64,000 nt of DNA from positions 224,001 through 288,000 of the forward strand of contig CAVSGP010000004.1 in NCBI GenBank assembly GCA_963727505.1, written 5' to 3'. Of this stretch, positions 39,174-50,576 are shown in pieces; position 1 is the stretch's first letter; each line of letters opens with the position of its first letter. The notes beneath the pieces were generated by a model that was given only the letters and a program-made list of their open reading frames with translations, did not search any database and was not told the origin of the DNA. This DNA comes from an uncultured Trueperaceae bacterium (GTDB lineage Bacteria > Deinococcota > Deinococci > Deinococcales > Trueperaceae). Both the position numbers and the translations under genes were made by a program.

Positions 39174-42100
39174 GTGTTCCGTGAGGTGCCGTCCGGCGTC
39201 CGCTTCCCCGATCTGGAACAGCGCATCATCGCGTTCTGGCGCGAGCGCGACATCTTCCGCAAGACCCTCGACAAGCCCGCCCCCGAGGGCCGCTTCGTCT
39301 TCTACGAGGGACCCCCCACCGCCAACGGCAAGCCCGGTGTGCACCACGTCATCAGCCGGGCCTTCAAGGACCTCTTCCCGCGCTTCAAGACCATGCAGGG
39401 CTACCGTGTGGGGCGCAAGGGGGGCTGGGACACGCACGGGCTGCCGGTCGAGATCGCCATCGAGAAGCGGCTCGGCTTCACCAACAAGCAGCAGATCGAG
39501 GCCTACGGCATCGAGCGCTTCAACCGCCTGTGCCGCGAGGACGTGTTCAGCAACATCCAGGACTGGAACGCCATGACCGAGCGCATCGGGTTCTGGCTCG
39601 ACCTAGAGAACGCCTACGTCACCTACACCAACGACTACATCGAGTCCTGCTGGTGGGTGCTCAAGCAGCTGTGGGACCGTGGCCTCCTGACCGAGGACTA
39701 CAAGACCACCTGGCACAGTCCCAGCAGCAACACCACCCTGGCGTCGCACGAGGTCGCGCTCGGCTACAAGGAGGACGTCGAGGATCCCAGCGTCTTCCCC
39801 ATGTTCCCGGCGATGACCGAGGACCTCGTCGAGCGCGGCCTTCTCGACGAGGGAGAGCGGCGGACCGTGTTCTTCCTGGCCTGGACGACGACCCCCTGGA
39901 CGCTGGCCGCCAACACCGGCCTGGCGGTGGCCGCGGACGCAGACTACGCGCTGGTCGAAGCGCCGTCACGCAAGCAGGATCCCGCCGGCGAGCGCACCCT
40001 GCTGTGGCTGGCTGCCGAGCTCGCACCCACCGTCCTCGAGGGCACGGACTGGCGCGAGCTGCGGCGTGCGCGCGGCCGCGAGCTCGAAGGGGTGCATTAC
40101 CGCCCCGTCCTCCAGGGGCGGGTCGACGCCGGCCAGGACTTGTCGAGCGGCTTCCGGGTGGTGAGCGATGAGCTCGTCAGCCTCGAAGACGGCACCGGCA
40201 TCGTCCACCTCGCGCCCGCCTACGGCGATCTGGAGCAGGGACGGCGGCACGGCCTGCCCACGCTCTTCTCGGTGGATCTCACCGGCCAGGTCCTGCCCGA
40301 GGTGCGGGCCCTCGACGCCGCAGAGGGCGACGGCCCGTACGCCGGGCAGTGGTTCAAGGACGCCGACAGCGCCATCGCCGACGACCTCCTCGCACGTGGC
40401 CTGATGTGGCACCGGGGCGTCGTACGCCATGCCTACCCCTTCAACTGGCGCGACGACACCCCGCTCATGAACGTCGCCAAGCGCAGCTGGTACATCCGCA
40501 CCAGCCTGCTCAAGGACAAGCTGCTGGCGAACAACGACAAGGTGCACTGGCACCCCGATCACATCCGCACGGGCCGCTTCGGCAAGTGGCTCGAGAACAA
40601 CGTGGACTGGGCGCTGAGCCGCGAACGCTTCTGGGGTGCGCCGCTCCCCATCTGGGTCAGCGAAGACGGCGAGGAGCAGGTGTGCGTAGGCAGCATCCGT
40701 GAGCTCGCCGAGCTCACGGGGCGCGACCTGGAAGGGCTCGAGCTGCACCGCCCCTACGTCGACGACGTCACCTTCGAACGCGGAGGCAAGACCTTCCGGC
40801 GTGTCCCCTACACGGTCGACGTGTGGTTCGAGTCGGGCGCCATGCCCTACGCGCAGTGGCACTACCAGGGCGACGCCTCCACCCCCGAGGCGGCGCGGGC
40901 GCTCGCCGACAACTTCCCCGCCGACTACATCTGCGAGGCCGTCGACCAGACGCGAGGCTGGTTCTACAGCCTGCACACCCTCGCCACCCTGCTCACCGAC
41001 AGCGGCGATCCGGCGGCATCCCGACCGGCCGGCCCCCTGGCAGACCTCGCGCCGGATACCTCGGCGTTTCGCAACGTGATCGTGCTGGGTCACATCGTCG
41101 ACGAGCGTGGCGAGAAGATGTCGAAGTCCAAGGGCAACGTCGTCGATCCCTGGGCCGTGCTCGACGCGCAGGGGGCCGATGCGCTGCGCTGGTACCTGTT
41201 CAGCGTGTCCCCGCCCGAGGCCACCAAACGCTTCAGCGCGGGACTGGTCGACGAGACGCTGCGCGACTTCTTCATGACGTTGTGGAACACCTACAGCTTC
41301 TTCGTCCTCTACGCCAACCTGGATCGCCCCGCGTTGCAGGCGGCCCCGCCGGCCGACGAGCGGCCGCTGGTGGACCGCTGGCTGCTCTCGCGGCTGCACG
41401 AGCTCATCGCTGCCGTCACCGATCACCTGGAGGGCTACGATCCCACCGCCGCCAGCCGCGCGCTGCGCGACTTCGTGGTCGACGATCTGTCGAACTGGTA
41501 CGTGCGCCGCAACCGCCGGCGCTTCTGGAGGTCGCAGGGCGATGCCGACAAGCTCGCGGCCTACGCGACCCTGTACGAGGCCCTGGTGACGGCGGCGAAG
41601 CTGATGGCGCCGATGGCGCCGTTCACCTCCGAGGAGCTCTACCAGAACCTGGTGCGCTCGCTCGACGATGGAGCGCCCGAGTCGGTGCACCTGGCGGACT
41701 GGCCGGTCGCGGACGCCGCACGCATCGATGCCGACCTCACGCGCGACATGCGCGCCCTGATGCGCCTGGTCGAGCTCGGCCGGGCAGCCCGCGCTGCCTC
41801 CGGGATCAAGGTGCGCCAGCCCCTTCCGGAGGTGCTCGTGCGACTGCGCAGCGCCGAGGAGCTCGCCGGCGTGAGGCGCCTGGAGGATCAGCTCCTGGAG
41901 GAGCTCAACGTCAAGCAGGTGCGCTACCTGGGGGTGCACGACGACTTCGTCGACTACCAGGTCAAGCCCAACCTGCCTCGCGTCGGGCCGCGGCTGGGCA
42001 AGCTGGTGCCGGAGCTGCGACGGGCGCTCGGAGCCCTCGACGGCCGCGCCGTGGCGGCGGCCGTGCGCGACGGCGAGGACACCGTGCTGGAACTGCCCGG

Positions 42101-42482
42101 TGGCGAGGTACGGCTGCAGCCCGAGGACCTGCTGCTCGATGCGCGGAGCCCGGAAGGCTTCGCCGCGGTCGAGGAGCGTGGTTACCTCGCGGCGCTCAAC
42201 ACCGCCCTCACGCCCGAGCTGGTGCGCGAGGGGCTGGCGCGCGACGCCATAAGGCTGGTGCAGAACGCGCGCAAGAACGCCGGGCTGGCAGTCTCCGACA
42301 CCATCGCGCTGACCCTCGCGGCCGACGGCACCCTCGCCACCGCGCTGCGCGAGCACCGCGACGCCATCGCCTCGGAGGTGCTGGCCAGCGACCTGACGCT
42401 GGGGCCTGCCGAGGCAGACGCCTACGTCGAGGAGCACGACGTCGAAGGCGAGCGCCTCCGGCTCGGCCTGCGGCGGACCTGA
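39174..42482 (+). CDS. ileS: Isoleucine--tRNA ligase, type 2
   Basis: 'EGPPTANG.PGVHH', 'GWDTHGLPVE', 'WTTTPWTL', 'DQTRGWF', 'KMSKS'; GTG start after GAGGT. Confidence 0.97.
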   Translation: MFREVPSGVRFPDLEQRIIAFWRERDIFRKTLDKPAPEGRFVFYEGPPTANGKPGVHHVISRAFKDLFPRFKTMQGYRVGRKGGWDTHGLPVEIAIEKRLGFTNKQQIEAYGIERFNRLCREDVFSNIQDWNAMTERIGFWLDLENAYVTYTNDYIESCWWVLKQLWDRGLLTEDYKTTWHSPSSNTTLASHEVALGYKEDVEDPSVFPMFPAMTEDLVERGLLDEGERRTVFFLAWTTTPWTLAANTGLAVAADADYALVEAPSRKQDPAGERTLLWLAAELAPTVLEGTDWRELRRARGRELEGVHYRPVLQGRVDAGQDLSSGFRVVSDELVSLEDGTGIVHLAPAYGDLEQGRRHGLPTLFSVDLTGQVLPEVRALDAAEGDGPYAGQWFKDADSAIADDLLARGLMWHRGVVRHAYPFNWRDDTPLMNVAKRSWYIRTSLLKDKLLANNDKVHWHPDHIRTGRFGKWLENNVDWALSRERFWGAPLPIWVSEDGEEQVCVGSIRELAELTGRDLEGLELHRPYVDDVTFERGGKTFRRVPYTVDVWFESGAMPYAQWHYQGDASTPEAARALADNFPADYICEAVDQTRGWFYSLHTLATLLTDSGDPAASRPAGPLADLAPDTSAFRNVIVLGHIVDERGEKMSKSKGNVVDPWAVLDAQGADALRWYLFSVSPPEATKRFSAGLVDETLRDFFMTLWNTYSFFVLYANLDRPALQAAPPADERPLVDRWLLSRLHELIAAVTDHLEGYDPTAASRALRDFVVDDLSNWYVRRNRRRFWRSQGDADKLAAYATLYEALVTAAKLMAPMAPFTSEELYQNLVRSLDDGAPESVHLADWPVADAARIDADLTRDMRALMRLVELGRAARAASGIKVRQPLPEVLVRLRSAEELAGVRRLEDQLLEELNVKQVRYLGVHDDFVDYQVKPNLPRVGPRLGKLVPELRRALGALDGRAVAAAVRDGEDTVLELPGGEVRLQPEDLLLDARSPEGFAAVEERGYLAALNTALTPELVREGLARDAIRLVQNARKNAGLAVSDTIALTLAADGTLATALREHRDAIASEVLASDLTLGPAEADAYVEEHDVEGERLRLGLRRT

Positions 42483-42572
42483 ACGCAGCGCCCGCCCTCC
42501 GGGTCGTTTGCCCGATTGCGGACGCCCCGTAGGGCGGGAGTATCATGAGGCCGTTGTCATCGGATCTCGTGA

Positions 42573-43592
<1,020 letters not shown>

Positions 43593-43645
43593 ACGGGCCT
43601 TCCGGCACCGCTCGCCCCACCGCGAACGCTCGGTTAGGAGCCTCC

Positions 43646-44824
43646 ATGTTCAGGACCCTCGAGGACCTCGACGTCAAGGACAAACGCGTCCTGGTCCGGG
43701 TCGACTTCAACGTCCCGATCAAGAACGGCCGCGTCGGCGACGACACCCGCATCCGCGCGGCCCTACCCACCCTGGAAGCGCTGTCCTCGCGCGGCGCGAC
43801 GCTCATCCTGATGAGCCATCTCGGCCGTCCCAAGGGGGTGGAAGAGTCGGCGCGCTTGCGGCCCGTGGCCGCACGCCTCGAGGAGCTGCTGGGGCGCGAC
43901 GTGCGCTACCTGGCCTGCGACGGGCCCGGCTCCGCCGAGCAGCAGGCCTTCGTCCAGGAGGCGCCGCACGGCAGCATCACGCTGCTCGAGAACACCCGCT
44001 TCGACGCCCGTGAGACCAAGAATGACCCCGCTCTGGCGCGCATCCTGGCGGGCTACGCCGACGTCTACGTCGACGACGCGTTCGGCTCGGCCCACCGTGC
44101 ACACGCCAGCACCGAGGGCGTGGCGCGGCTGCTGCCGTCGGCCGCCGGCCACCTGCTCGAACAGGAGCTGCATTCCCTGGGCAAGCTGCTCGACCGCCCG
44201 GAGCACCCGTTCGTGGTGATCCTGGGCGGCGCCAAGGTGTCGGACAAGATCGGTGTCATCAGCAGCCTTCTCCAGGTCGCGGACCGCATCCTCATCGGCG
44301 GCGCCATGGCCTTCACCTTCGCGGCGGCACAGGGTGGCAAGGTGGGAGCCTCGCGTGTCGAGGAGGACCAGTTCGACACCGCCCGGAGCCTTCTGGCGGA
44401 GGCTTCGGAGCGCGGCGTCACCGTGGTGCTCCCCGAGGACTCGGTATGCGCCAGCGAGCTGAAGGAGGGCGCGAAGACCTCGGTCCACCCCACCGATCAG
44501 ATCCCCGACGGGCTGCTCGGACTGGACGTCGGCCCGCGCGCCATCGAGGCCTTCCGTGAGGCGCTCGACGGCGCGCGCACGGTGTTCTGGAACGGTCCGC
44601 TAGGCGTGTTCGAGACGCCCCCGTTCGACGCCGGCACGGTGGCGATGGCGCACGCCGTCGCCGAGCTTCCCGCCTTCACGGTGGTGGGCGGCGGGGACTC
44701 CGTTGCCGCCGTGAACGGCACGGGTCTCGCCGACCGCATCGGCCACATCTCCACCGGCGGCGGGGCCGCGCTCGAGTTCCTCGAAGGCAAGACCCTCCCC
44801 GGCGTCGCGGTGCTGGGATCCTGA
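43646..44824 (+). CDS. pgk: Phosphoglycerate kinase
   Basis: 'RVDFNVP', 'SHLGRP', 'GGAKVSDK', 'STGGGA.LEF.EG'. Confidence 0.97.
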   Translation: MFRTLEDLDVKDKRVLVRVDFNVPIKNGRVGDDTRIRAALPTLEALSSRGATLILMSHLGRPKGVEESARLRPVAARLEELLGRDVRYLACDGPGSAEQQAFVQEAPHGSITLLENTRFDARETKNDPALARILAGYADVYVDDAFGSAHRAHASTEGVARLLPSAAGHLLEQELHSLGKLLDRPEHPFVVILGGAKVSDKIGVISSLLQVADRILIGGAMAFTFAAAQGGKVGASRVEEDQFDTARSLLAEASERGVTVVLPEDSVCASELKEGAKTSVHPTDQIPDGLLGLDVGPRAIEAFREALDGARTVFWNGPLGVFETPPFDAGTVAMAHAVAELPAFTVVGGGDSVAAVNGTGLADRIGHISTGGGAALEFLEGKTLPGVAVLGS

Positions 44825-44843
44825 GCGTTTCCCCGACGAGCCC

Positions 44844-45482
44844 GTGACCACGCCGCTACTGCAGCTCGATTCGAAGTTGTTCGGCCCCGCCGCGTCGCAA
44901 GACGCCGGGGCCGACGTGGCGAACATGGCCGGCGACTACGGCTACCTGGCGAGCGGCTATTACGGCTCGCTCGACGGTGAATTGCAGGGCCTGCGGCTCA
45001 TCCCGACCACCGGCGACGCGCTCGACGCCTACGTCGTGCCGATCGCCATGGAGAAGGCTCGTCTGGCCGGTCTGCCGGTGCCCGCGTTCCTCATCACGAC
45101 CTCGCGCTTCCCGCCGCCGCCGCTGATGGCCTACCCGGTCAACCCCTTCTCCGACAAGGGTGAGTTGCTCGTCGACGCAGACGCCATCGAGGCTCGTCGC
45201 AAGGGCCTGACCTACACGGGCAAGTATGCCGTGCTGTGCCAGGAGTTGCCGCCCGACTACCGCATCGACGTGGTGCGCTGCGTGCTGGGTCGGACCCTGG
45301 TACCGGAGTACGAGGCGTTCGCGCACGCGGTGTTCGCCACCTTCCGGCTGCCCCTGGCACGCGTGCGCGTGATCGTGACGCCCAGGGCATACCTGCTGTC
45401 GGCCCTGATGCCGCTGCCGCTCGCGCAACTCACGCCCGAGGAGCAGGCTCTGGTCGAGGAGCTGGGATCGTGGCGCGACTAG
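44844..45482 (+). CDS. RimK-like ATP-grasp N-terminal (RLAN) domain protein
   Basis: 'NMAGDYGYLASGYYGSLDGELQG..LIPT' resembles the RLAN signature. Confidence 0.7.
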   Translation: MTTPLLQLDSKLFGPAASQDAGADVANMAGDYGYLASGYYGSLDGELQGLRLIPTTGDALDAYVVPIAMEKARLAGLPVPAFLITTSRFPPPPLMAYPVNPFSDKGELLVDADAIEARRKGLTYTGKYAVLCQELPPDYRIDVVRCVLGRTLVPEYEAFAHAVFATFRLPLARVRVIVTPRAYLLSALMPLPLAQLTPEEQALVEELGSWRD

Positions 45483-46345
45483 CCATCTTCGCCGAGCGCT
45501 ACACCATCCGCTCGTCCGTGGAGCTCACCGCCCTGACGAACTTCCGCCTCGCGGCGTTCGAGATCGGCCACGAGCTCGACTTCCTGTTCAAAGACGAGCT
45601 GAAGTACCTCCGCAACTACGACGGGGTGCTGATCCGCGCGCTCACCGACCCGCTCAACACCAGCTACGTGGTGGCCCGCACCGCCGAGATGCTCGGCATC
45701 CGGGTGCTCGACCACGCCGAGTCGATCCGCATCTGTTGCGACAAGGTCAACATGTACTCCCGGCTCGAGAAGGACGGCGTACCGATCCCCGTCACCCGCT
45801 ACCTGGCCGAGGACGAGGTTCGCGAAGCAACGGCGGAGGCGTTGTTCGAGGCGCTCGGTTCGCCGCTGGTGCTGAAGGCGCCGAACTCCAGCTTCAGCCT
45901 CTACGTCGACAAGGTGGCCACGCCGGAGGCGTTCGTGAAGGTCGGCCGTCGCTTCCTGCGTCGCGCCGACCGGCTGGTGGTGCAGCAGTACATGCCCAGC
46001 GACTTCGACTGGCGCGTGATCACGCTCGACGGTCGCGTGCTCGCGGTCGTGAAGTACCGCTTCCCGCCGCAGGGGTGGCGCACCATGGACCGCAGCGATG
46101 CCGGCGAGTTGGCGAGCGTCGAGGGCGTCGCCCGGGAGCAGGCCGACCCCCGGTTGCTCGAGGTTGCGCTCGCCTCGGCGCGCGCCATCGGCAGCAGTCT
46201 CTACGGCGTCGACATCAAGGAGATCGACGGCGACTACTACGTCATCGAGGTGAACGACAACCCGACCATCGCGGCCGGTGAGGAAGACCAGGCCAACCCC
46301 GAGATCTACGCCGAGATCATCCGCTACCTTGCTGGCGACGGCTGA
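45470..46345 (+). CDS. RimK-family ATP-grasp ligase
   Basis: 'CCDKV', 'PLVLKAPNSSFS', 'QQYMPSDFDWRV', 'YGVDIK', 'IEVNDNP'. Confidence 0.85.
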   Translation: MARLAIFAERYTIRSSVELTALTNFRLAAFEIGHELDFLFKDELKYLRNYDGVLIRALTDPLNTSYVVARTAEMLGIRVLDHAESIRICCDKVNMYSRLEKDGVPIPVTRYLAEDEVREATAEALFEALGSPLVLKAPNSSFSLYVDKVATPEAFVKVGRRFLRRADRLVVQQYMPSDFDWRVITLDGRVLAVVKYRFPPQGWRTMDRSDAGELASVEGVAREQADPRLLEVALASARAIGSSLYGVDIKEIDGDYYVIEVNDNPTIAAGEEDQANPEIYAEIIRYLAGDG

Positions 46346-47453
46346 CCCGTCCCCAGCGCTCGACGAGCACCATGGCGCGTTGGCGACGCTTCCCGAAGCG
46401 ACTCACCGCCTCGAAGGTGTCGCGCCTGAGCGGCAGATGCACGCTGTCGGCGCGACCGGCGCCGTCGGGGATGAACGGGTCGTGGAGGTACAGGTGGCTC
46501 TCGTCGAAGCCGGTCGCGATCACCCAGTGCGGCACCTTCTCGGCATACAGCCGGTAACCCGACAGCATCACCAGCGGGACCGCCCCGCGCTTGAGCGCCT
46601 CCACCACGTCGCGGTCGGTGAAGTCGCGCAGCTCGGCGCGTCCGCCCAGGTCACGTAGGTCGCGCTCGAAGGTGTGGTGCGCGATGCGGATGACGTCCTT
46701 CTTGTCGTCGCTGCGGACCGAGTCGAGGAACGGCACCTCACCGTCGCTCGTCACCACGGTCGCGCGGAACCCGCGCCGCAACGCCGCCACCGCCAACCCG
46801 TGGGCGCTGCAACCGCCGTGCCCCGAGAGCATGAAGATGGTCGTCGCCTCGCGCCACAGAGCGAGCTCCAACCAACGTTCGAGCGGCACCGGGTAACCGT
46901 GGTAACGCATCGCCATCATCAGCGCGGCCGGCCCGCAGGTGAACTCCAGCGATTGCGGGTAGTAGGGCACCCCTAGCAAGGTGGCCCCGCCGGCGGCGAA
47001 GCTCTTCTGCATCCGCACCGCATCGGAGTGATCCTGGTAGTAGTCGGCGGTGCGGCCCACGACTTCGTAGCCGGCCTTCCGATACAGCGTGATGGCGGTC
47101 GCGTTGTCCTCGCGCACCTCGAGGCGCATGGCCACGGCGCCGCGCTCGCGCGCACCCTCCTCGGCCTTCGCCAGCAGCAAGCGCGCCACGCCCCGGCGGC
47201 GGCTCTCCGGCCTCACCACCAGGGAGTACAGTCGCGAGGAGACGAAGCCCTTTCGGAACAGCACGACAGCGTCTCCGACGACGCGTCCAGACGCCTCGGC
47301 AACCCACAGTTGAGCGCTGTCGCGCCCCAGCAGGCGGGACAGGGAGCTACGCCGGAGGCGGTCGCCGGGGAAGCTGCGCTCGAGTTCGGCCAGCGCCTCG
47401 AGGTCGACCTTGCCGGCACGCCGCACGCGCACCTCGCCGCCCTCGGCCTCCAT
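46317..47453 (-). CDS. GNAT (RimI-like) acetyltransferase fused to a C39-like cysteine peptidase
   Basis: GNAT 'RRRGVAR', 'LEVREDN..AI.LY...GY'; peptidase 'QSLEFTCGPA', 'PHWV', 'HDP'. Alternative start at 47495. Confidence 0.82.
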   Translation of the reverse strand: MEAEGGEVRVRRAGKVDLEALAELERSFPGDRLRRSSLSRLLGRDSAQLWVAEASGRVVGDAVVLFRKGFVSSRLYSLVVRPESRRRGVARLLLAKAEEGARERGAVAMRLEVREDNATAITLYRKAGYEVVGRTADYYQDHSDAVRMQKSFAAGGATLLGVPYYPQSLEFTCGPAALMMAMRYHGYPVPLERWLELALWREATTIFMLSGHGGCSAHGLAVAALRRGFRATVVTSDGEVPFLDSVRSDDKKDVIRIAHHTFERDLRDLGGRAELRDFTDRDVVEALKRGAVPLVMLSGYRLYAEKVPHWVIATGFDESHLYLHDPFIPDGAGRADSVHLPLRRDTFEAVSRFGKRRQRAMVLVERWGRVSRRQQGSG

Positions 47454-47496
47454 GGGGTCGCCTCCGTCCGCCGGCTCTGCGTCCCGGCCGGTCATG

Positions 47497-48468
47497 TTAG
47501 CCCTGGCGCTCCGCCAGCGCCTCCTTGAGCGGCGGCACGACGGCGTTGACGTCGCCGACCACGCCGTAGTCACACACCTTGAAGATGGGGGCGTCGGGGT
47601 CCTTGTTGATCGCGACGATCACCTTGGAGCGGTTCATGCCAGAGAGGTGCTGGACCGCGCCGGACACGCCGAGCGCCAGGTAGAGCTCGGGCGCCACCGT
47701 CTTGCCCGTCTGCCCCACTTGCTCGGCGTAGGGGCGCCAGCCCGCGTCGACCACGGCGCGCGTCGAGCCGACGCCGGCTCCCAGCAGATCGGCCAGCGGC
47801 TCCACCAGGCGCGTGAAGCCGTCGGCATCGCCCACGCCGCGACCGCCGGTGACGACGATCTTTGCGTCCTCCAGGGCCACGCGCCCGCCCTTCGCGCTGG
47901 TGCGGTCGCCGACCTCGACGCGGCCGTCGTTCTCGCCGAGCGCAACGTCGGCGTCCTGTACCTCGCCTGCCGCGTCGGCGGGCTCGGCGGCCGTGAACAC
48001 GTTGGGCTTGACGCTGACGACGGCGGGCAGTGCCTCGGCCCGCACGGTCTCGGTCACGCGCGACAGATACGTGAAGCGCGTGGCCGTCACCTTGCCGTCC
48101 TGCACCCCGACCGCGTTGACGTCCTCGAGCAGGGGCACGCCAAGGCGCATCGCCAGACGCGGGCCCAGGCTCTGGCCGGAGCGCGACGCTCCCATCAGCA
48201 CCACCTGGGCGCCGGTCCGCTGCACGAGCCCGTGAACGGCGCTGGTGAAGGGTTCGGCCCGGAACGGCGCCAGCGCCTCGGAGGCGAGGCGGTACACGGT
48301 CGGCAGGTAGCGAGCGAGGTCTTCGGCCTTCGGCGCCGGGTCGGCGCCGAGCACCGCCGCGGCGAGCGGCTGGCCGAGCGAAGCGGCGAGCTCGCGGCCC
48401 GCTCGGATCAGCTCCAGGTCCGCCTTCTGTGCGCGGTCCGCGTTGGCTTGGGTCACGATGAGGATCAT
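47497..48468 (-). CDS. etfA: Electron transfer flavoprotein alpha subunit
   Basis: 'GGRG', 'QVGQTGK.VAP.LY', 'SGAVQH.SGM', 'AINKD..APIF'. Confidence 0.93.
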   Translation of the reverse strand: MILIVTQANADRAQKADLELIRAGRELAASLGQPLAAAVLGADPAPKAEDLARYLPTVYRLASEALAPFRAEPFTSAVHGLVQRTGAQVVLMGASRSGQSLGPRLAMRLGVPLLEDVNAVGVQDGKVTATRFTYLSRVTETVRAEALPAVVSVKPNVFTAAEPADAAGEVQDADVALGENDGRVEVGDRTSAKGGRVALEDAKIVVTGGRGVGDADGFTRLVEPLADLLGAGVGSTRAVVDAGWRPYAEQVGQTGKTVAPELYLALGVSGAVQHLSGMNRSKVIVAINKDPDAPIFKVCDYGVVGDVNAVVPPLKEALAERQG

Positions 48469-48485
48469 GCCGTCTCCTTGCACGC

Positions 48486-49244
48486 CTACGACAGCACCTT
48501 GGCCTCGTCGGCCAGGAGGCGTGCCAGCTCGCGGGCGGCCTCGTCGGGGTCGCCCTCCAGGACGTTTCCGATGCGCTCGCGGGTCTGGATGGTCTGTTCC
48601 AGCGTGGTCGTCAGCGGCTCGGCGCCGCCGAAGTCCTCGAGCGTCTTCTTGGCAAGCTCCTTGCGCTTGGCCTTCATGATGTTGGGGAGCGTCGGATAGC
48701 GGGGCTCGTTGAGTCCCTGCTGCGTGGTCACCACCGCCGGCAAGGGCAGCGTCAACGCCTCGCTTCCGTCGTCGGTGTCGTGGCGCGTGCGGAGCGTACC
48801 GCCACCGATCTCGAGCTCGGTCGTCCAGTCGCTGTGCGGCCAGCCCAGCGCCTCGGCTACGGCGGCGCCCAGGGCCGCGCTGTCCCAGTCGGCTTCCTTG
48901 CCGCCCACCAGGACCAGATCGGCGGACTCCTCCTGGATGACGTGCGCGAGCACGCGCGCCTGCGCGATGGCGTCGAGGGCAACGTCGGTCTCGATGTGCA
49001 CAGCGCGGTCCGCACCCATGGCGAGGGCCGTGCGCACGGCTTCCTCGAAGCGCTGCGGACCGAGTGCCAGCGCGATCACTTCGGCCTCGACCCCGCCCTC
49101 GCGGATCCGTAACGCCTCTTCGACGCCGTACTCGTCCATGCCGTCGATCACGAAGGTGACCCCACCGAGGTCCACCTTCCCGTCGCCGGTCCGCACCCGC
49201 GCCTCGGCGTCGGGCACCTGTTTCAGGATGGTCACGATCTTCAT
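48486..49244 (-). CDS. etfB: Electron transfer flavoprotein beta subunit
   Basis: 'KQVPD', 'ALAMGAD', '[13 protein letters not shown]'. Confidence 0.93.
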   Translation of the reverse strand: MKIVTILKQVPDAEARVRTGDGKVDLGGVTFVIDGMDEYGVEEALRIREGGVEAEVIALALGPQRFEEAVRTALAMGADRAVHIETDVALDAIAQARVLAHVIQEESADLVLVGGKEADWDSAALGAAVAEALGWPHSDWTTELEIGGGTLRTRHDTDDGSEALTLPLPAVVTTQQGLNEPRYPTLPNIMKAKRKELAKKTLEDFGGAEPLTTTLEQTIQTRERIGNVLEGDPDEAARELARLLADEAKVLS

Positions 49245-49387
49245 GGTGTCCTCCAGGTCGCGCCGGAGGGCGCGACGTCGGTCGAGGGTCTCAGGGGTGG
49301 GGCTCTACGGCGGGAATGCCGGCCCGCGTCGGCCCGAGCGCGGCGCGACCCGCCAGCACGGCCGTCCGCCGCCGACGCCCCACCCGA

Positions 49388-50539
49388 CTATTCTAGGACC
49401 TGCCGCAGCAGCCCACGTGCGATCACCACGCGTTGGATCTCGTTGGTCCCCTCGTAGATCTGATTGAGCTTCACATCACGCATCAGCTTCTCCACCGGAT
49501 ACTCGTTGACGTAGCCGTAGCCGCCGTGGACGTTGAGCGCCTCGTCGGCGGCCTTGAACGCCATGTCGGAGGCATAGGCCTTCGCGATGGCGGCGGCCTC
49601 CCCGTGCGGCAGGCCCCGATCGGCCAGCCAGGCGGCGTGGTAGGTCTGCCAGCGCGCAGTCTCGATGCCGATCTTCATCTCCGCGAGCTTGAACTGGATC
49701 GCCTGGAACTGCGCGATCGGACGACCGAAGGCGTGTCGCTCGGCCGCGTAGGAGAGCGACTCGTCCAGCGCCCGGCGCGCCACCCCCACCGACCCTGCGG
49801 CGACCGGGATACGAGTCTTGTCGAGCGTCTGCATCGCGATGCGGAAGCCATCCCCCGGCTCGCCGAGGATGTTGGCACGCGGCACGCGTACGTCGTCGAA
49901 GGCCAGCTCGGCGGTGGGGCTGGCTCGCTGCCCCAGCTTGCCGTGCAGCTTCGTTGCGTGGAATCCCTCCCGACCGGACTCGACCACCACGGCCAGCGTG
50001 CCGCGGTGCTTGCGCTCCGGGTCGAAGGTCGCGAACACCACCGTGAACTCGGCCCGATCGCCGTTGCTGATCCACATCTTGTTGCCGTTCAAGATCACGT
50101 CGTCGCCGTCGAGGACGGCCCGCGTCTTCATGGCGGCGGCGTCGCTGCCGTTGTCGGGCTCGGAGAGCGCGAAGGCAGCGAGCTTCGGGCCCTCGGTCAA
50201 CGGACGCAGGAAGCGCTCGTGCTGTTCGGGACTGCCCGCCAGCAGCAGTGGTGTGATCCCGAGCTCCGAGGCCATGAAGATGGTGTAGATCCCCATGCAA
50301 CCGTACGCGAGCTCCTCGCCGATGATGGCCTCGTCGACCGAGCCCAGACCCAGGCCGCCGGCCGACTCGGGCACGATGGTGTTGAGCAGGCCCAGCTCGT
50401 GGCCGCGCCGGATCACCTCGTCGGGATAGCTCTCCTCCCGATCGTGCTGCGCGGCCACAGGCTGGATGTGGTCGCGCGCGAACTGCCGCGCCAGGCTCTG
50501 GAACTGCTTCTGCTCGTCGGTGAGCTCGAAATCGATCAC
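49388..50539 (-). CDS. Acyl-CoA dehydrogenase
   Basis: 'FALSEP..GSD', 'NG.KMWISNG', 'HGGYGY', 'IYEGTNEIQR'. Confidence 0.93.
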   Translation of the reverse strand: MIDFELTDEQKQFQSLARQFARDHIQPVAAQHDREESYPDEVIRRGHELGLLNTIVPESAGGLGLGSVDEAIIGEELAYGCMGIYTIFMASELGITPLLLAGSPEQHERFLRPLTEGPKLAAFALSEPDNGSDAAAMKTRAVLDGDDVILNGNKMWISNGDRAEFTVVFATFDPERKHRGTLAVVVESGREGFHATKLHGKLGQRASPTAELAFDDVRVPRANILGEPGDGFRIAMQTLDKTRIPVAAGSVGVARRALDESLSYAAERHAFGRPIAQFQAIQFKLAEMKIGIETARWQTYHAAWLADRGLPHGEAAAIAKAYASDMAFKAADEALNVHGGYGYVNEYPVEKLMRDVKLNQIYEGTNEIQRVVIARGLLRQVLE

Positions 50540-50576
50540 TCGTCCGCTCCTATTCGAGGCGACCGGCCGTGGTCAC

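Noticed and set aside
39966..42437. Very long antisense ORFs (823 aa here; also 52961-55477, 61163-62989, 36711-38615, 24799-26328)
   Set aside because: They mirror well-supported genes on the opposite strand and have no recognisable motifs. They are expected from the scarcity of stop codons in high-GC DNA.
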